Source: an uncultured Chitinophagales bacterium (GTDB lineage Bacteria > Bacteroidota > Bacteroidia > Chitinophagales > BACL12). From it: DNA of 64,000 bases. Positions 9,541 through 18,956 of the stretch are shown here, piece by piece (the stretch's first letter is position 1; each line of letters opens with the position of its first letter). Under the pieces are notes generated by a model. That model was not told the DNA's origin, made no database searches, and saw only the letters and a program-made list of their open reading frames with translations. Both the position numbers and the translations under genes were made by a program. Location of the stretch: assembly GCA_964463165.1 (NCBI GenBank), contig CAYXBK010000017.1, positions 11,569-75,568 of the forward strand, read 5' to 3'.

Positions 9541-10359
9541 TTGAAATACAAATTAAAAATCGTAATCCTCAAAACGACAGACGGCAAACTGGTATTCAAT
9601 TTATTTGGCTACCATAAATTATTGCTCGCAATTTTCGGCGCATTGCTCGACGGGCAGCGTGGTGCAATTGCCGGATTTATCATTGGTTGCTTTTTCGACA
9701 TGCATTTTATTAAAAAAATTGAACCGCCGAAACATGCAGACCTGCGTTTGAATTTTTTAATGCTCGGCGCTTTTATTTTACAGGTCACCGGTCTGGAAGC
9801 AGCATTTTCATCTGAAACGATCCGGACCCGCCTCTCGCATCAGTTTGGAGAAGTATACGTAGACAGGCGTATGAATTTTTTTAAAGAATTATTGCGTCAG
9901 CGCATTCAGGTTGAAAAAATTTGCGATCAGATTAAAATAAATGCATCACTGGATGAAAAGATTTCTTTGTTCAAGTTTTTATTTGAAGTTTCATCACATC
10001 CGAAATTAGTAACCGAGCAATTAATTAAAACCGTTGAATACCTCGCAACAAGAATCGACCTGGATTCAAAATATATCAAACAATTATCTGCAGAATATAC
10101 TTCGCATAAAACAAATTCATCTGCTCAAAATTTCCGGAACGAAGATCCGCTTCCAAAACAAGATGCATATACTTTATTCGGACTTACTTCTGCATGCACC
10201 GAAAAAGAATTAAAGAAAGCATATCATACACTTGCAAAAAAATATCATCCCGATGCACATCCTGATTTATTGCTCGCCGAAAAAAATAAACTGCAGGAAA
10301 AATTCAGACGCATTACGGAAATGTATGAGAAAATAAAAGAGTCGAGGGGATGGAAATGA
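9541..10359 (+). CDS. J-domain protein (DjlA-like: N-terminal membrane segment, C-terminal DnaJ domain)
   Basis: C-terminal YTLFGLTSACTEKELKKAYHTLAKKYHPDAHPD (HPD motif) and a hydrophobic N-terminus. Start codon (TTG 9541) uncertain. Confidence 0.65.
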   Translation: MKYKLKIVILKTTDGKLVFNLFGYHKLLLAIFGALLDGQRGAIAGFIIGCFFDMHFIKKIEPPKHADLRLNFLMLGAFILQVTGLEAAFSSETIRTRLSHQFGEVYVDRRMNFFKELLRQRIQVEKICDQIKINASLDEKISLFKFLFEVSSHPKLVTEQLIKTVEYLATRIDLDSKYIKQLSAEYTSHKTNSSAQNFRNEDPLPKQDAYTLFGLTSACTEKELKKAYHTLAKKYHPDAHPDLLLAEKNKLQEKFRRITEMYEKIKESRGWK

Positions 10360-10393
10360 TGAATGGTGAGTGGAGAGTGGAGAGTGGTGAATA
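10358..10393. repeat. short tandem word repeat (GGTGAGTGG / GGAGAGTGG units) abutting a stop codon
   Basis: TGATGAATGGTGAGTGGAGAGTGGAGAGTGGTGAAT begins at the TGA of the J-domain gene. The same GGTGAGTGG word recurs at ~45248. Confidence 0.7.
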
Positions 10394-10730
10394 TTTAAAG
10401 GTTTGAAATAAGAATTTTAAACTTCGGTTTGAATTTTATTTTAATACAGAAATTAATTTTTAAGCAAATACTTTATTTCACGACCGCCTGACTTAGTAAT
10501 CCGTGGAGAAGCGCATACCACTTAGAAATAATACTGTGAAAATCCGAGAAATCTTTTGTGCGGTTTTTAAATTTCGCTTTTGAAGTGAACAATCCTGACG
10601 GCGATCGGGTGCGCATTAAAATTTATGAAATGAAATTAATTATGAGGGAAGATTTTTTCAAGTGATTTATTTCATTCATAGATCAACTCTCGCGTCGGCC
10701 TGTTCATCATTCTTTATTCCTTGTTCGATA

Positions 10731-10770
10731 CCTGCCCGCCGACGCTCCACACTGCGCTGAGGCAGGCGGG
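10731..10770 (-). repeat. GC-rich REP-like hairpin, family A (inverted orientation)
   Basis: CCTGCCCGCCGACGC...GCTGAGGCAGGCGGG is the reverse complement of the CCCGCCTGCC...CGGCGGGCAGG elements at 48060 and 51868. Confidence 0.75.
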
Positions 10771-10840
10771 TTCAATATTTTTTCCTTTCCTCCTGAATCC
10801 CGCTACCTGATACTTTATACTTTCTGCCTTTTACTAAAAT

Positions 10841-10878
10841 AAAAACCCCCGACTCCATCAGAACGACTTTGCCGGGGG
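10841..10878 (-). terminator. possible rpoD intrinsic terminator
   Basis: On the minus strand CCCCCG...CGGGGG followed by TTTTT. The loop is long (21 nt), so this is weak. Confidence 0.35.
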
Positions 10879-10904
10879 ATCCCCATGAAAACACAAACTT
10901 TAAT

Positions 10905-10980
10905 CTGAAGCGATTATCTGCTTTGGATTTTCTAAAGCGATTATCTGCTTCGGATTTCTGAAGCAATTATCTACTTCAGG
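10905..10980. repeat. three tandem ~26-27-nt units, each a small hairpin (GAAGCGATTATCTGCTTC)
   Basis: Units at 10905-10931, 10932-10957 and 10958-10980, ending 13 nt from the rpoD stop codon (inside the presumed 3' UTR). Confidence 0.8.
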
Positions 10981-10992
10981 TAAATATTTTAA

Positions 10993-11862
10993 TTACTGTG
11001 CAAGATACGCTTTTAATGCTTTATTTCTTGCACTAGAGCGCAATTTATTTATTGCATTGTCTTTTATCTGTCTTACCCGCTCTCTCGTCAATCCAAATTC
11101 TTCTCCGATATCCTCAAGTGTCATAGCATAAGGAACACCTATTCCGAAAAATAGTTTAATTACATCTCGTTCTCTTTCTGTTAAAGTTGCAAGTGTTCTT
11201 TCCGTTTCCACTTTTAGCGAGTGTGTATAGTCCAGTTTTTCATCTGTTCTTTCCACTTCACGGTTTTCGAGAACGTCGAGCAATGAACTGTTTTCACCAT
11301 CATCAAAAGGTGCATCAACGGATACGTGACGGGTTGAAACACTCAAGGTATTTTTAATTTCTTCAGGAGCCAGCTCGAGCACTTCCGCTAATTCTTCTGA
11401 AGTTGGTTCACGTTCAAATTTTTGCTCCAGTTCAGAAAACGCTTTATTGATTTTACTTAATGATCCTACTTTGTTCAAAGGCAAGCGCACCAGACGGCTC
11501 TGTTCTGCCAATGCCTGCATAATACTTTGGCGGATCCACCACACTGCATAAGAAATGAATTTGAATCCTTTTGTTTCATCAAACTTCTGCGCCGCTTTCA
11601 CAAGTCCGACGTTCCCTTCATTGATCAGGTCGTTCAGCGATAAACCGTTGTGCTGATATTGTTTTGCAACCGATACAACGAAACGCAGATTGGCTTTCAC
11701 CAATTTTTCCAATGCCGTTTGATCGCCCTGCTTGATCTTTTGGGCGAGGGTAACTTCTTCTTCAGCAGTCACAAGATCTACCTTTCCAATTTCCTGAAGG
11801 TATTTTTCAAGCGATTCGCTCTCGCGATTGGTAATCGATTTAGTAATTTTTAGCTGACGCAT
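10993..11862 (-). CDS. rpoD: primary RNA polymerase sigma factor (sigma-70/RpoD, short Bacteroidota form)
   Basis: Regions 2-4 present: [50 protein letters not shown]; 289 aa. Confidence 0.9.
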   Translation of the reverse strand: MRQLKITKSITNRESESLEKYLQEIGKVDLVTAEEEVTLAQKIKQGDQTALEKLVKANLRFVVSVAKQYQHNGLSLNDLINEGNVGLVKAAQKFDETKGFKFISYAVWWIRQSIMQALAEQSRLVRLPLNKVGSLSKINKAFSELEQKFEREPTSEELAEVLELAPEEIKNTLSVSTRHVSVDAPFDDGENSSLLDVLENREVERTDEKLDYTHSLKVETERTLATLTERERDVIKLFFGIGVPYAMTLEDIGEEFGLTRERVRQIKDNAINKLRSSARNKALKAYLAQ

Positions 11863-11968
11863 TTATATTAGTCCTGTTGATTTAAAATTAGATAGCAAGC
11901 AATTGTTGAACGAAGAGAGGTGAAAAAAGTTTCCAAGTGGCTTTACCTGAGTTTTTTCTTAAGTAAGG

Positions 11969-11976
11969 CAAAGTTA
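11969..11976 (-). promoter_or_regulatory. candidate Bacteroidota -7 box (TAACTTTG) for rpoD
   Basis: Matches TAnnTTTG on the minus strand, ~105 nt upstream of the rpoD ATG. Confidence 0.3.
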
Positions 11977-12063
11977 CACACAATTTACACACGAATCAAC
12001 AGTCTCCCTCTTGTTTTATCTGATTTTTTTTCAATAATCCCTACCATTCGTTAAACTCTTATT

Positions 12064-12071
12064 TAAATTTG
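12064..12071 (+). promoter_or_regulatory. candidate -7 box (TAAATTTG) for FG-GAP paralogue 1
   Basis: TAnnTTTG match in a stretch (CTTATTTAAATTTGAA) homologous to the box upstream of paralogue 2. Only 8 nt separate it from the ATG at 12080. Confidence 0.35.
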
Positions 12072-12079
12072 AACCACGT

Positions 12080-15000
12080 ATGCATTCTCCAAAACATGTA
12101 ACCACAACACAAAAACCCCTTATCAGCACGATCATTTCCGTCCTGATCTTCCTTTTTTTCAATCAAAGCATTTCCGCACAGCCATATTATGAAGGGGCGG
12201 GCTGGGCCGAACACGGTGAACTCAACTACACAGCGTTCGGCTGGAGTATCAGCAACGCCGGAGATGTGAACGGCGACGGATATGAAGATATGATAGTCAG
12301 CGCCATCGATTATTCCAATCCGGAAGAAACCAATGGAGAGGAGGGAAAAATTTACGTTTATTATGGCGGCCCGGATGGTTTGTCTGAGACACCGGGATTT
12401 GAGTATGAAACCGATAATGATAGTTCCGTTTTGGGATTTTCGGTCGACGGCGGTGATCTGAATGGCGATGGATACAGCGATATCGTTGCCGGTTGTCTGC
12501 AATGGACGAATGGTGAATACAGCGAAGGAAAAATCTATTTATGGTATGGTTCTCCAACAGGCCCAAGCCTTGCTGGCCCCGACTGGACATTAGAATTAAA
12601 TCAGGTATTTGCACTCCTCGGTGCAGGTGTGGCAATGAGCGGAGATATAAACAGCGACGGCTATAACGATTTATTCTTTTCGGCGAAAATGTGGGATGAA
12701 GGAGAAATTGACGAGGGCAAAACATGGTTATATTGGGGAAGTCCCGATGGCCCTGTTGAGTCTGGTTGGTCGTGGCAGCCAAACCAGAATTATACGATTT
12801 CAGGGTTCCCTGTAAATTATGCGGGCGATGTGAATGCCGATGGTTACGATGACGTGATCATCGGTGCAAATAAATATGATTATGATGCGGTTGACGATGG
12901 TTTGGCAGTTTGCTTTTATGGCTCTGCAACAGGTTTAGAAGATATTCCCGATTGGGAAGCAACAAGCGGGCAGGCCAAGGCAAGTTTCGGACATTGGGCA
13001 GATGGTGCCGGAGATGTAAATGGCGACGGTTACGATGATGTAATTGTTTCTGCATTGTTATATGAAAGTGATATATCGGAATACAATGAAGGGAGAGTGT
13101 TTGTTTTTCACGGAGGACCGGATGGTCTGGAATCTGCAGCTGCCTGGTATGCAGAAATTAATCAGGTTGACGCACAATTCGGATACTGCACAGCCGGGGC
13201 CGGAGATATTAATAACGATGGTTACGATGATATAATCGCAGGCTCAAAGTATTGGGATAACGGCGAAATTGATGAAGGTGCCGCTTTCGTTTGGTTTGGT
13301 TCGAGCAATGGATTGGAAGCAGATCATTGCTGGGACGGGGAAGGCGATCAGGAATATGGTTATTACGGAAGAGAGGTTGCCGGTGACGGTGATTTCAATA
13401 ATGATGGGTATTCTGATTTTATGGTAGGCGCCTATCGTTATTCCGACAGCCTTATAGCAGATGGAAAAACCTTTGTTTATTATGGTGCACCACGTGAAGC
13501 GCAATTTCACTATCTCCAGGATACATTTTGCATTGGCGACGACAATCAGTTTCCGGTTATCGAAGGAATTACCGGGGGCGTTTTCAGTTCGGATGATGCC
13601 GTCGTTAATCCGGTTACAGGTGAATTAAACATCGATGCATCAGGCAGCGGATTGAAAACAATCCATTATACCAGTACCGGAATGTGCCCTGTGGGAACGG
13701 TGCAGGTATACATTTATGATCCATCCGGTGATATTTCATTTATTGATTACGCAGAAACAAATTATTGTTTATCTGCCGACGACCCCACACCTGATATAAC
13801 AGGAGGTGGTGCCGGATATTTTTATTCACCGGATGCAGTGGTCGATTCCATAACAGGAAAAGTAGATATGGATGCAACAGGATACGGCGGGCCTTATATC
13901 ATCTATTTTATTGAAACAATTGCAGCAGGTTGTGAATTAATTACTTCCGATACGATTTCAATTGATTATGATGCTTCATTTTATTACACGCAGGATACTT
14001 TTTGTATCGAATTGATAAATCCTGCTCCCGTAATTGATGATATTGCCGCGGGGACTTTTTCCAGTGATGATTGTTCGGTGAATGCCATTACCGGAAAAAT
14101 TAATTTATTGGCTTCCGGCGTGGGTGGTCCTTATACAATTTATTATGAATCTTCCGATGCATGCGGTATGGATTCTTTTATTGTCTGGATAACAGATATT
14201 GATACTACCGCTGATGATTTTTATTATGCAGATGATTTGTATTGTATCGGCGGTTTAAATCCCGTTCCGGTTGTAACCGGTATAAGCGGTGGTGTATTTT
14301 CTTCTGCCGATGCTGTTGTTGATCCCGCAAGCGGTGAAATAAATTTAATCGCATCCGGTGAAGGAATTTATACTATTACATATTCCGTACTGGATGCCGG
14401 TGGTTGTGCATACGAACAATCTTTTGTAATTGAAATTTATGAGATCGATGCTTCTTTTAATTATGGAAGCGATTATTATTATCAGGATGAAACCGATCCC
14501 ACTCCCGTTGTAGTTGAAAGCGGCGGTGGATTTTATTCCGTGCCTGCGGGAATATTATTTTCTGATGCGAACGGAACAATTGATCTCACTGCATCCACCC
14601 CCGGAAATTACATGGTGTATTATTCAGTTGAAGATGCTGTTTGTTCTGCAGTAGACAGTTTTGCAGTTGAAATTCTTCCTCCGTGCCAGGCGCCGGTTAC
14701 AATTCTGATTGAATCATTAACAGCGACAACCGCACAGGTTTCATGGAATACAAATGATTTTTATACAAACTACAATGTGTATCTGGTTTCAGATATTGAC
14801 TCCGTTTTATTTGTTGTAACCGATGATACTACCATCCTGTTTACAGGACTTACACCGGGAGCAGATTATAAAGTGTATGTTTTCACCGATTGTATTCATA
14901 TGAATTCCGGCGAATACATCAGAACTGAATTTACTTTACCGGTTGCAATAGAAGATGTTTTATTGAATAATTCAATTTTTATTACGCCGAATCCGAACAA

Positions 15001-15205
15001 CGGTATTTTTATAATTCAATATCAAAAGTATTATTCAGAAATATTCATTTCAATCATGAGTGCAGATGGACGCATTCTGCTCACCGAATTATTGGATTCA
15101 GGTGAAAAATTTGTTGTTGACCTGCATGGACAACCGGCCGGTATCTATTTGATTAAATTTGAAATGGATGGATATACCCTGTCAAAAAAAGTACTGATAC
15201 AATAA
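12080..15205 (+). CDS. secreted FG-GAP (integrin-alpha-like propeller) / Cys-repeat / FN3 protein with T9SS C-terminal domain, paralogue 1
   Basis: Signal peptide and seven GD(V/I/L/F)NxDGYxD calcium-loop repeats. Then five ~75-aa Cys-containing repeats, an FN3-like module (VSWNTN...GLTPGADYKVYV) and a CTD (ITPNPNNGIF...GIYLIKF). Confidence 0.85.
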   Translation: MHSPKHVTTTQKPLISTIISVLIFLFFNQSISAQPYYEGAGWAEHGELNYTAFGWSISNAGDVNGDGYEDMIVSAIDYSNPEETNGEEGKIYVYYGGPDGLSETPGFEYETDNDSSVLGFSVDGGDLNGDGYSDIVAGCLQWTNGEYSEGKIYLWYGSPTGPSLAGPDWTLELNQVFALLGAGVAMSGDINSDGYNDLFFSAKMWDEGEIDEGKTWLYWGSPDGPVESGWSWQPNQNYTISGFPVNYAGDVNADGYDDVIIGANKYDYDAVDDGLAVCFYGSATGLEDIPDWEATSGQAKASFGHWADGAGDVNGDGYDDVIVSALLYESDISEYNEGRVFVFHGGPDGLESAAAWYAEINQVDAQFGYCTAGAGDINNDGYDDIIAGSKYWDNGEIDEGAAFVWFGSSNGLEADHCWDGEGDQEYGYYGREVAGDGDFNNDGYSDFMVGAYRYSDSLIADGKTFVYYGAPREAQFHYLQDTFCIGDDNQFPVIEGITGGVFSSDDAVVNPVTGELNIDASGSGLKTIHYTSTGMCPVGTVQVYIYDPSGDISFIDYAETNYCLSADDPTPDITGGGAGYFYSPDAVVDSITGKVDMDATGYGGPYIIYFIETIAAGCELITSDTISIDYDASFYYTQDTFCIELINPAPVIDDIAAGTFSSDDCSVNAITGKINLLASGVGGPYTIYYESSDACGMDSFIVWITDIDTTADDFYYADDLYCIGGLNPVPVVTGISGGVFSSADAVVDPASGEINLIASGEGIYTITYSVLDAGGCAYEQSFVIEIYEIDASFNYGSDYYYQDETDPTPVVVESGGGFYSVPAGILFSDANGTIDLTASTPGNYMVYYSVEDAVCSAVDSFAVEILPPCQAPVTILIESLTATTAQVSWNTNDFYTNYNVYLVSDIDSVLFVVTDDTTILFTGLTPGADYKVYVFTDCIHMNSGEYIRTEFTLPVAIEDVLLNNSIFITPNPNNGIFIIQYQKYYSEIFISIMSADGRILLTELLDSGEKFVVDLHGQPAGIYLIKFEMDGYTLSKKVLIQ
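13955..14950 (+). repeat. 996-nt block shared with 17217-18212 (identical except one position I found)
   Basis: The 332 encoded residues (ISIDYDASF...TLPVAI) are identical in both ORFs. Line-by-line nucleotide reading found only T14936 vs C18198. Confidence 0.85.
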
Positions 15206-15350
15206 AAAGTTGTGTCGGTTAAACCGCTGATTGCTTTTTGAATTACAAAAAAATTTATGAACTTGTTGGTTTTTAGGAAGCAACGCGGCAATAAATAATT
15301 TTATCCGGACTTTTCAGATATCCGGATGAAGTTTATCGCCTGCTTATTTT

Positions 15351-15358
15351 TAAATTTG
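15351..15358 (+). promoter_or_regulatory. candidate -7 box (TAAATTTG) for FG-GAP paralogue 2
   Basis: TAnnTTTG match 26 nt upstream of ATG 15384. Confidence 0.4.
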
Positions 15359-15383
15359 AAATAATAATCTAAATATTCTTACG

Positions 15384-18300
15384 ATGAAACAATTCGCTTA
15401 TCTGGTTTTTCTAATTTCAATTGTATCAATTTCCTACTCACAACCCTATTATGAGGAAGCCGGTTGGGCGGAACATGGCGAACTCACCTATACGGCTTTC
15501 GGCTGGAGCCTCGGTAATGCCGGAGATGTGAATGGTGATGGATATGTAGATATGCTGATCACAGCAATCGATTATTCAAATCCGGAAGAAACGGATGGAG
15601 AAGAAGGAAAAATATATCTCTATTATGGCGGCCCGGATGGTTTATCCGAAACACCGGCATTTGAATATGAAACAAATAATGACAGTATCGTATTGGGATT
15701 TTCTACTGATGGGGGCGATCTGAATGGTGATGGTTACAGTGATTTTGCTGTTGGTTGTATTCAATATATGGACGGCGAATTTAGTGAGGGTGCTGTTTTC
15801 TTATGGTATGGATCACCCACCGGACCTAATCCTGCCGGCCCTGACTGGATGATTGAGTCAAACCAGCCCGTTGCACTCATGGGTTCAAGTGTTGCCCTGG
15901 GCGGAGATATTAATAGTGATGGCTATGATGATTTGTTCTTCAGTGCAAAAGAATATGATTCGGGTGAAGAAAGTGAAGGGAAAACCTGGTTGTATTGGGG
16001 GAGTCCTGATGGTCCTGTAAATTCCGGATGGTCGTGGGAAGCAAATCAGGCAGTTGCCATTTCGGGATACCCGGTGAATTATGCCGGTGATGTGAATGCT
16101 GATGGTTATGATGATGTTATCATTGGCGCAAATCGTTATGATTATGCTGCTTACGATGACGGTATGGCCGTTTGTTTTTACGGTTCACCTACAGGCCTGA
16201 ATACAACGCCGGACTGGGAAGCCAGCAGTGGTCAAAGCAAAGCAAATTTTGGCCATTGGGCAGACGGAGCAGGTGATGTAAATGGGGATGGATATGACGA
16301 TGTGATTGTTTCCGCCTTAACTTATCAAAGTGAATTGGCACAAGCTGACGAAGGAAGAGTATTTGTTTTTCTGGGGGGTCCGGATGGTCTCGAAGATACT
16401 TACTCATGGTTTGGCGATACGAATCAGGGCCAATCTAACCTGGGCTATAGCTGTGCAGGGGCCGGTGATATTAATAATGATGGTTATGATGATATTATTG
16501 CCGGTGCAAAATATTGGGATAACGGTGAAGATGATGAAGGCAGGGCATTCGTTTGGTTCGGCTCAAGTGAGGGCATAGAACTCGATTATTGCTGGATGGG
16601 TGAAGGAAATGATGAAGGTGCTTATTATGGAGAGCATGTTGCAGGCGATGCCGATTTTAATAATGATGGTTATTCCGATTTTTTGGTTGGAGCCTATCGT
16701 TTTTCCGATAGTCTTGAAGCAGACGGGAAAGCATTTGTTTATTATGGTGCGCCGCGGGAAGCGCAGTTTCATTATCCCGAGGATACATTTTGTATCGATG
16801 ATGAAAACCCGTTTCCGCTGATCGACGGCGTGAGTGGCGGAAATTTTTATTCTGATGATGCAGTGGTAAATGCAATTACAGGTGAATTGAATATCGCGGC
16901 ATCCGGCAGTGGTTTGAAAACAATTCATTACAATAGTACCGGTTTATGCCCCGTAGGAACTTTCAAAGTGTATATTGATGATCCGGGAGATGAAGCAATT
17001 TCATTTAATTATACTGAAACAAATTATTGTTTATCTGCTGAGGATCCGGTTCCGGATATAGAAGCGGGTGGCACGGGATATTTTTATTCTCCGGATGCCG
17101 TGGTTGATCCTGCTACCGGTACAATCGATCTCGGCGCAACAGGTTATGGGGGCCCTTTTACGGTTTATTATCTGCAAATTGCAATGTCCGGCTGCGAAGT
17201 AATTACTTCAGATATTATTTCAATTGATTATGATGCTTCATTTTATTACACGCAGGATACTTTTTGTATCGAATTGATAAATCCTGCTCCCGTAATTGAT
17301 GATATTGCCGCGGGGACTTTTTCCAGTGATGATTGTTCGGTGAATGCCATTACCGGAAAAATTAATTTATTGGCTTCCGGCGTGGGTGGTCCTTATACAA
17401 TTTATTATGAATCTTCCGATGCATGCGGTATGGATTCTTTTATTGTCTGGATAACAGATATTGATACTACCGCTGATGATTTTTATTATGCAGATGATTT
17501 GTATTGTATCGGCGGTTTAAATCCCGTTCCGGTTGTAACCGGTATAAGCGGTGGTGTATTTTCTTCTGCCGATGCTGTTGTTGATCCCGCAAGCGGTGAA
17601 ATAAATTTAATCGCATCCGGTGAAGGAATTTATACTATTACATATTCCGTACTGGATGCCGGTGGTTGTGCATACGAACAATCTTTTGTAATTGAAATTT
17701 ATGAGATCGATGCTTCTTTTAATTATGGAAGCGATTATTATTATCAGGATGAAACCGATCCCACTCCCGTTGTAGTTGAAAGCGGCGGTGGATTTTATTC
17801 CGTGCCTGCGGGAATATTATTTTCTGATGCGAACGGAACAATTGATCTCACTGCATCCACCCCCGGAAATTACATGGTGTATTATTCAGTTGAAGATGCT
17901 GTTTGTTCTGCAGTAGACAGTTTTGCAGTTGAAATTCTTCCTCCGTGCCAGGCGCCGGTTACAATTCTGATTGAATCATTAACAGCGACAACCGCACAGG
18001 TTTCATGGAATACAAATGATTTTTATACAAACTACAATGTGTATCTGGTTTCAGATATTGACTCCGTTTTATTTGTTGTAACCGATGATACTACCATCCT
18101 GTTTACAGGACTTACACCGGGAGCAGATTATAAAGTGTATGTTTTCACCGATTGTATTCATATGAATTCCGGCGAATACATCAGAACTGAATTTACTCTA
18201 CCGGTTGCAATAGATAATACGGTATTCGAAAATAATATTTCAGTTTATCCGAATCCGGTAAACGGAAGCCTTACAATCGAATTAAACGATATGAGTTTAA

Positions 18301-18479
18301 ATGCGGGAATATCAATTATAAATGCAGAAGGAAGAACTGTATTCGAAACAAGATTTTATTTTTCAGCACAACAAAATCACACAAGCATTAATGTAGAAAA
18401 TTTTGTTACGGGAATTTATATATTGAAAATTTCCGGCGAATCGGAAATTTCATGTATTCCACTCATTATTGAACATTGA
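15384..18479 (+). CDS. secreted FG-GAP / Cys-repeat / FN3 protein with T9SS C-terminal domain, paralogue 2
   Basis: Same architecture as 12080..15205. The N-terminal propeller is similar but clearly diverged, the middle 332 aa are identical, and the C-terminal sorting domain differs (VYPNPVNGSLTIEL...GIYILKI). Confidence 0.85.
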   Translation: MKQFAYLVFLISIVSISYSQPYYEEAGWAEHGELTYTAFGWSLGNAGDVNGDGYVDMLITAIDYSNPEETDGEEGKIYLYYGGPDGLSETPAFEYETNNDSIVLGFSTDGGDLNGDGYSDFAVGCIQYMDGEFSEGAVFLWYGSPTGPNPAGPDWMIESNQPVALMGSSVALGGDINSDGYDDLFFSAKEYDSGEESEGKTWLYWGSPDGPVNSGWSWEANQAVAISGYPVNYAGDVNADGYDDVIIGANRYDYAAYDDGMAVCFYGSPTGLNTTPDWEASSGQSKANFGHWADGAGDVNGDGYDDVIVSALTYQSELAQADEGRVFVFLGGPDGLEDTYSWFGDTNQGQSNLGYSCAGAGDINNDGYDDIIAGAKYWDNGEDDEGRAFVWFGSSEGIELDYCWMGEGNDEGAYYGEHVAGDADFNNDGYSDFLVGAYRFSDSLEADGKAFVYYGAPREAQFHYPEDTFCIDDENPFPLIDGVSGGNFYSDDAVVNAITGELNIAASGSGLKTIHYNSTGLCPVGTFKVYIDDPGDEAISFNYTETNYCLSAEDPVPDIEAGGTGYFYSPDAVVDPATGTIDLGATGYGGPFTVYYLQIAMSGCEVITSDIISIDYDASFYYTQDTFCIELINPAPVIDDIAAGTFSSDDCSVNAITGKINLLASGVGGPYTIYYESSDACGMDSFIVWITDIDTTADDFYYADDLYCIGGLNPVPVVTGISGGVFSSADAVVDPASGEINLIASGEGIYTITYSVLDAGGCAYEQSFVIEIYEIDASFNYGSDYYYQDETDPTPVVVESGGGFYSVPAGILFSDANGTIDLTASTPGNYMVYYSVEDAVCSAVDSFAVEILPPCQAPVTILIESLTATTAQVSWNTNDFYTNYNVYLVSDIDSVLFVVTDDTTILFTGLTPGADYKVYVFTDCIHMNSGEYIRTEFTLPVAIDNTVFENNISVYPNPVNGSLTIELNDMSLNAGISIINAEGRTVFETRFYFSAQQNHTSINVENFVTGIYILKISGESEISCIPLIIEH
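17217..18212 (+). repeat. second copy of the 996-nt identical block
   Basis: Constant offset of 3262 nt to 13955-14950. Confidence 0.85.
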
Positions 18480-18498
18480 TTTGAGCAAGATATCAAAT

Positions 18499-18528
18499 AA
18501 AAAAACCGGCATAATAACCGGTTTTTTT
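18499..18528. terminator. bidirectional hairpin between convergent genes
   Basis: AAAAAAACCGG-cataataa-CCGGTTTTTTT, with an A-run on one side and a T-run on the other. Lies between the stop at 18479 (+) and the stop at 18539 (-). Confidence 0.5.
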
Positions 18529-18538
18529 ATTTTACACT

Positions 18539-18895
18539 TTATTCTTTTTTGCAACATCCGTCCAGATGATCATATGCAGCGGGATCTGCCAATAATTCAT
18601 CGGCATCATATCCGGCCTGCACAATTGCATTTTTAATTTCTTCCGCATTTGTTTTATCAGCATTATAAACAACTGTCACCACTTTTGTTTTCAGATCAAG
18701 TGTTGCAGATTTAACACCATCTTCCGAAATAATTGCTTTTTCGATTGTTGCTTTACAAGTGCCGCAAACAGCAGATGTTTTTATTTCAACAAATTTTTTA
18801 TTGTCTGAGCCTGTTTGTGCATACAGCGAATTGATTCCGCCTGTTATGAAGAACAGCACGAAGGCTGTGATCGATAATTTCATTTTATTTTTCAT
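18539..18895 (-). CDS. periplasmic heavy-metal-associated (HMA) domain protein
   Basis: Signal peptide, KTSAVCGTCKATIEKAI (CxxC metal loop of the HMA ferredoxin fold), extra C-terminal DGCCKKE. Confidence 0.8.
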   Translation of the reverse strand: MKNKMKLSITAFVLFFITGGINSLYAQTGSDNKKFVEIKTSAVCGTCKATIEKAIISEDGVKSATLDLKTKVVTVVYNADKTNAEEIKNAIVQAGYDADELLADPAAYDHLDGCCKKE

Positions 18896-18956
18896 TGTTT
18901 ATTTTTTAAAGATAAATAATTTAATAAATACGCCTTTTCTTTTGTTCATCATGACA

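Noticed and set aside
10772-10966. 64-aa ORF with repeated ADNRFR peptide
   Set aside because: It is the translation of the triple tandem hairpin repeat in the rpoD 3' region, not a gene.
12059-12782. 147-aa and 161-aa minus-strand ORFs overlapping the first FG-GAP gene (similar ones at 16563..16928 in the second)
   Set aside because: Antisense frames kept open by the repetitive GAT/GGN-rich coding sequence; no independent signals.
13955-18212. Diversity-generating retroelement (template/variable repeat) as the explanation for the duplicated block
   Set aside because: The block is ~1 kb and essentially identical, not ~100-150 nt with adenine-specific differences. No reverse transcriptase gene is present.
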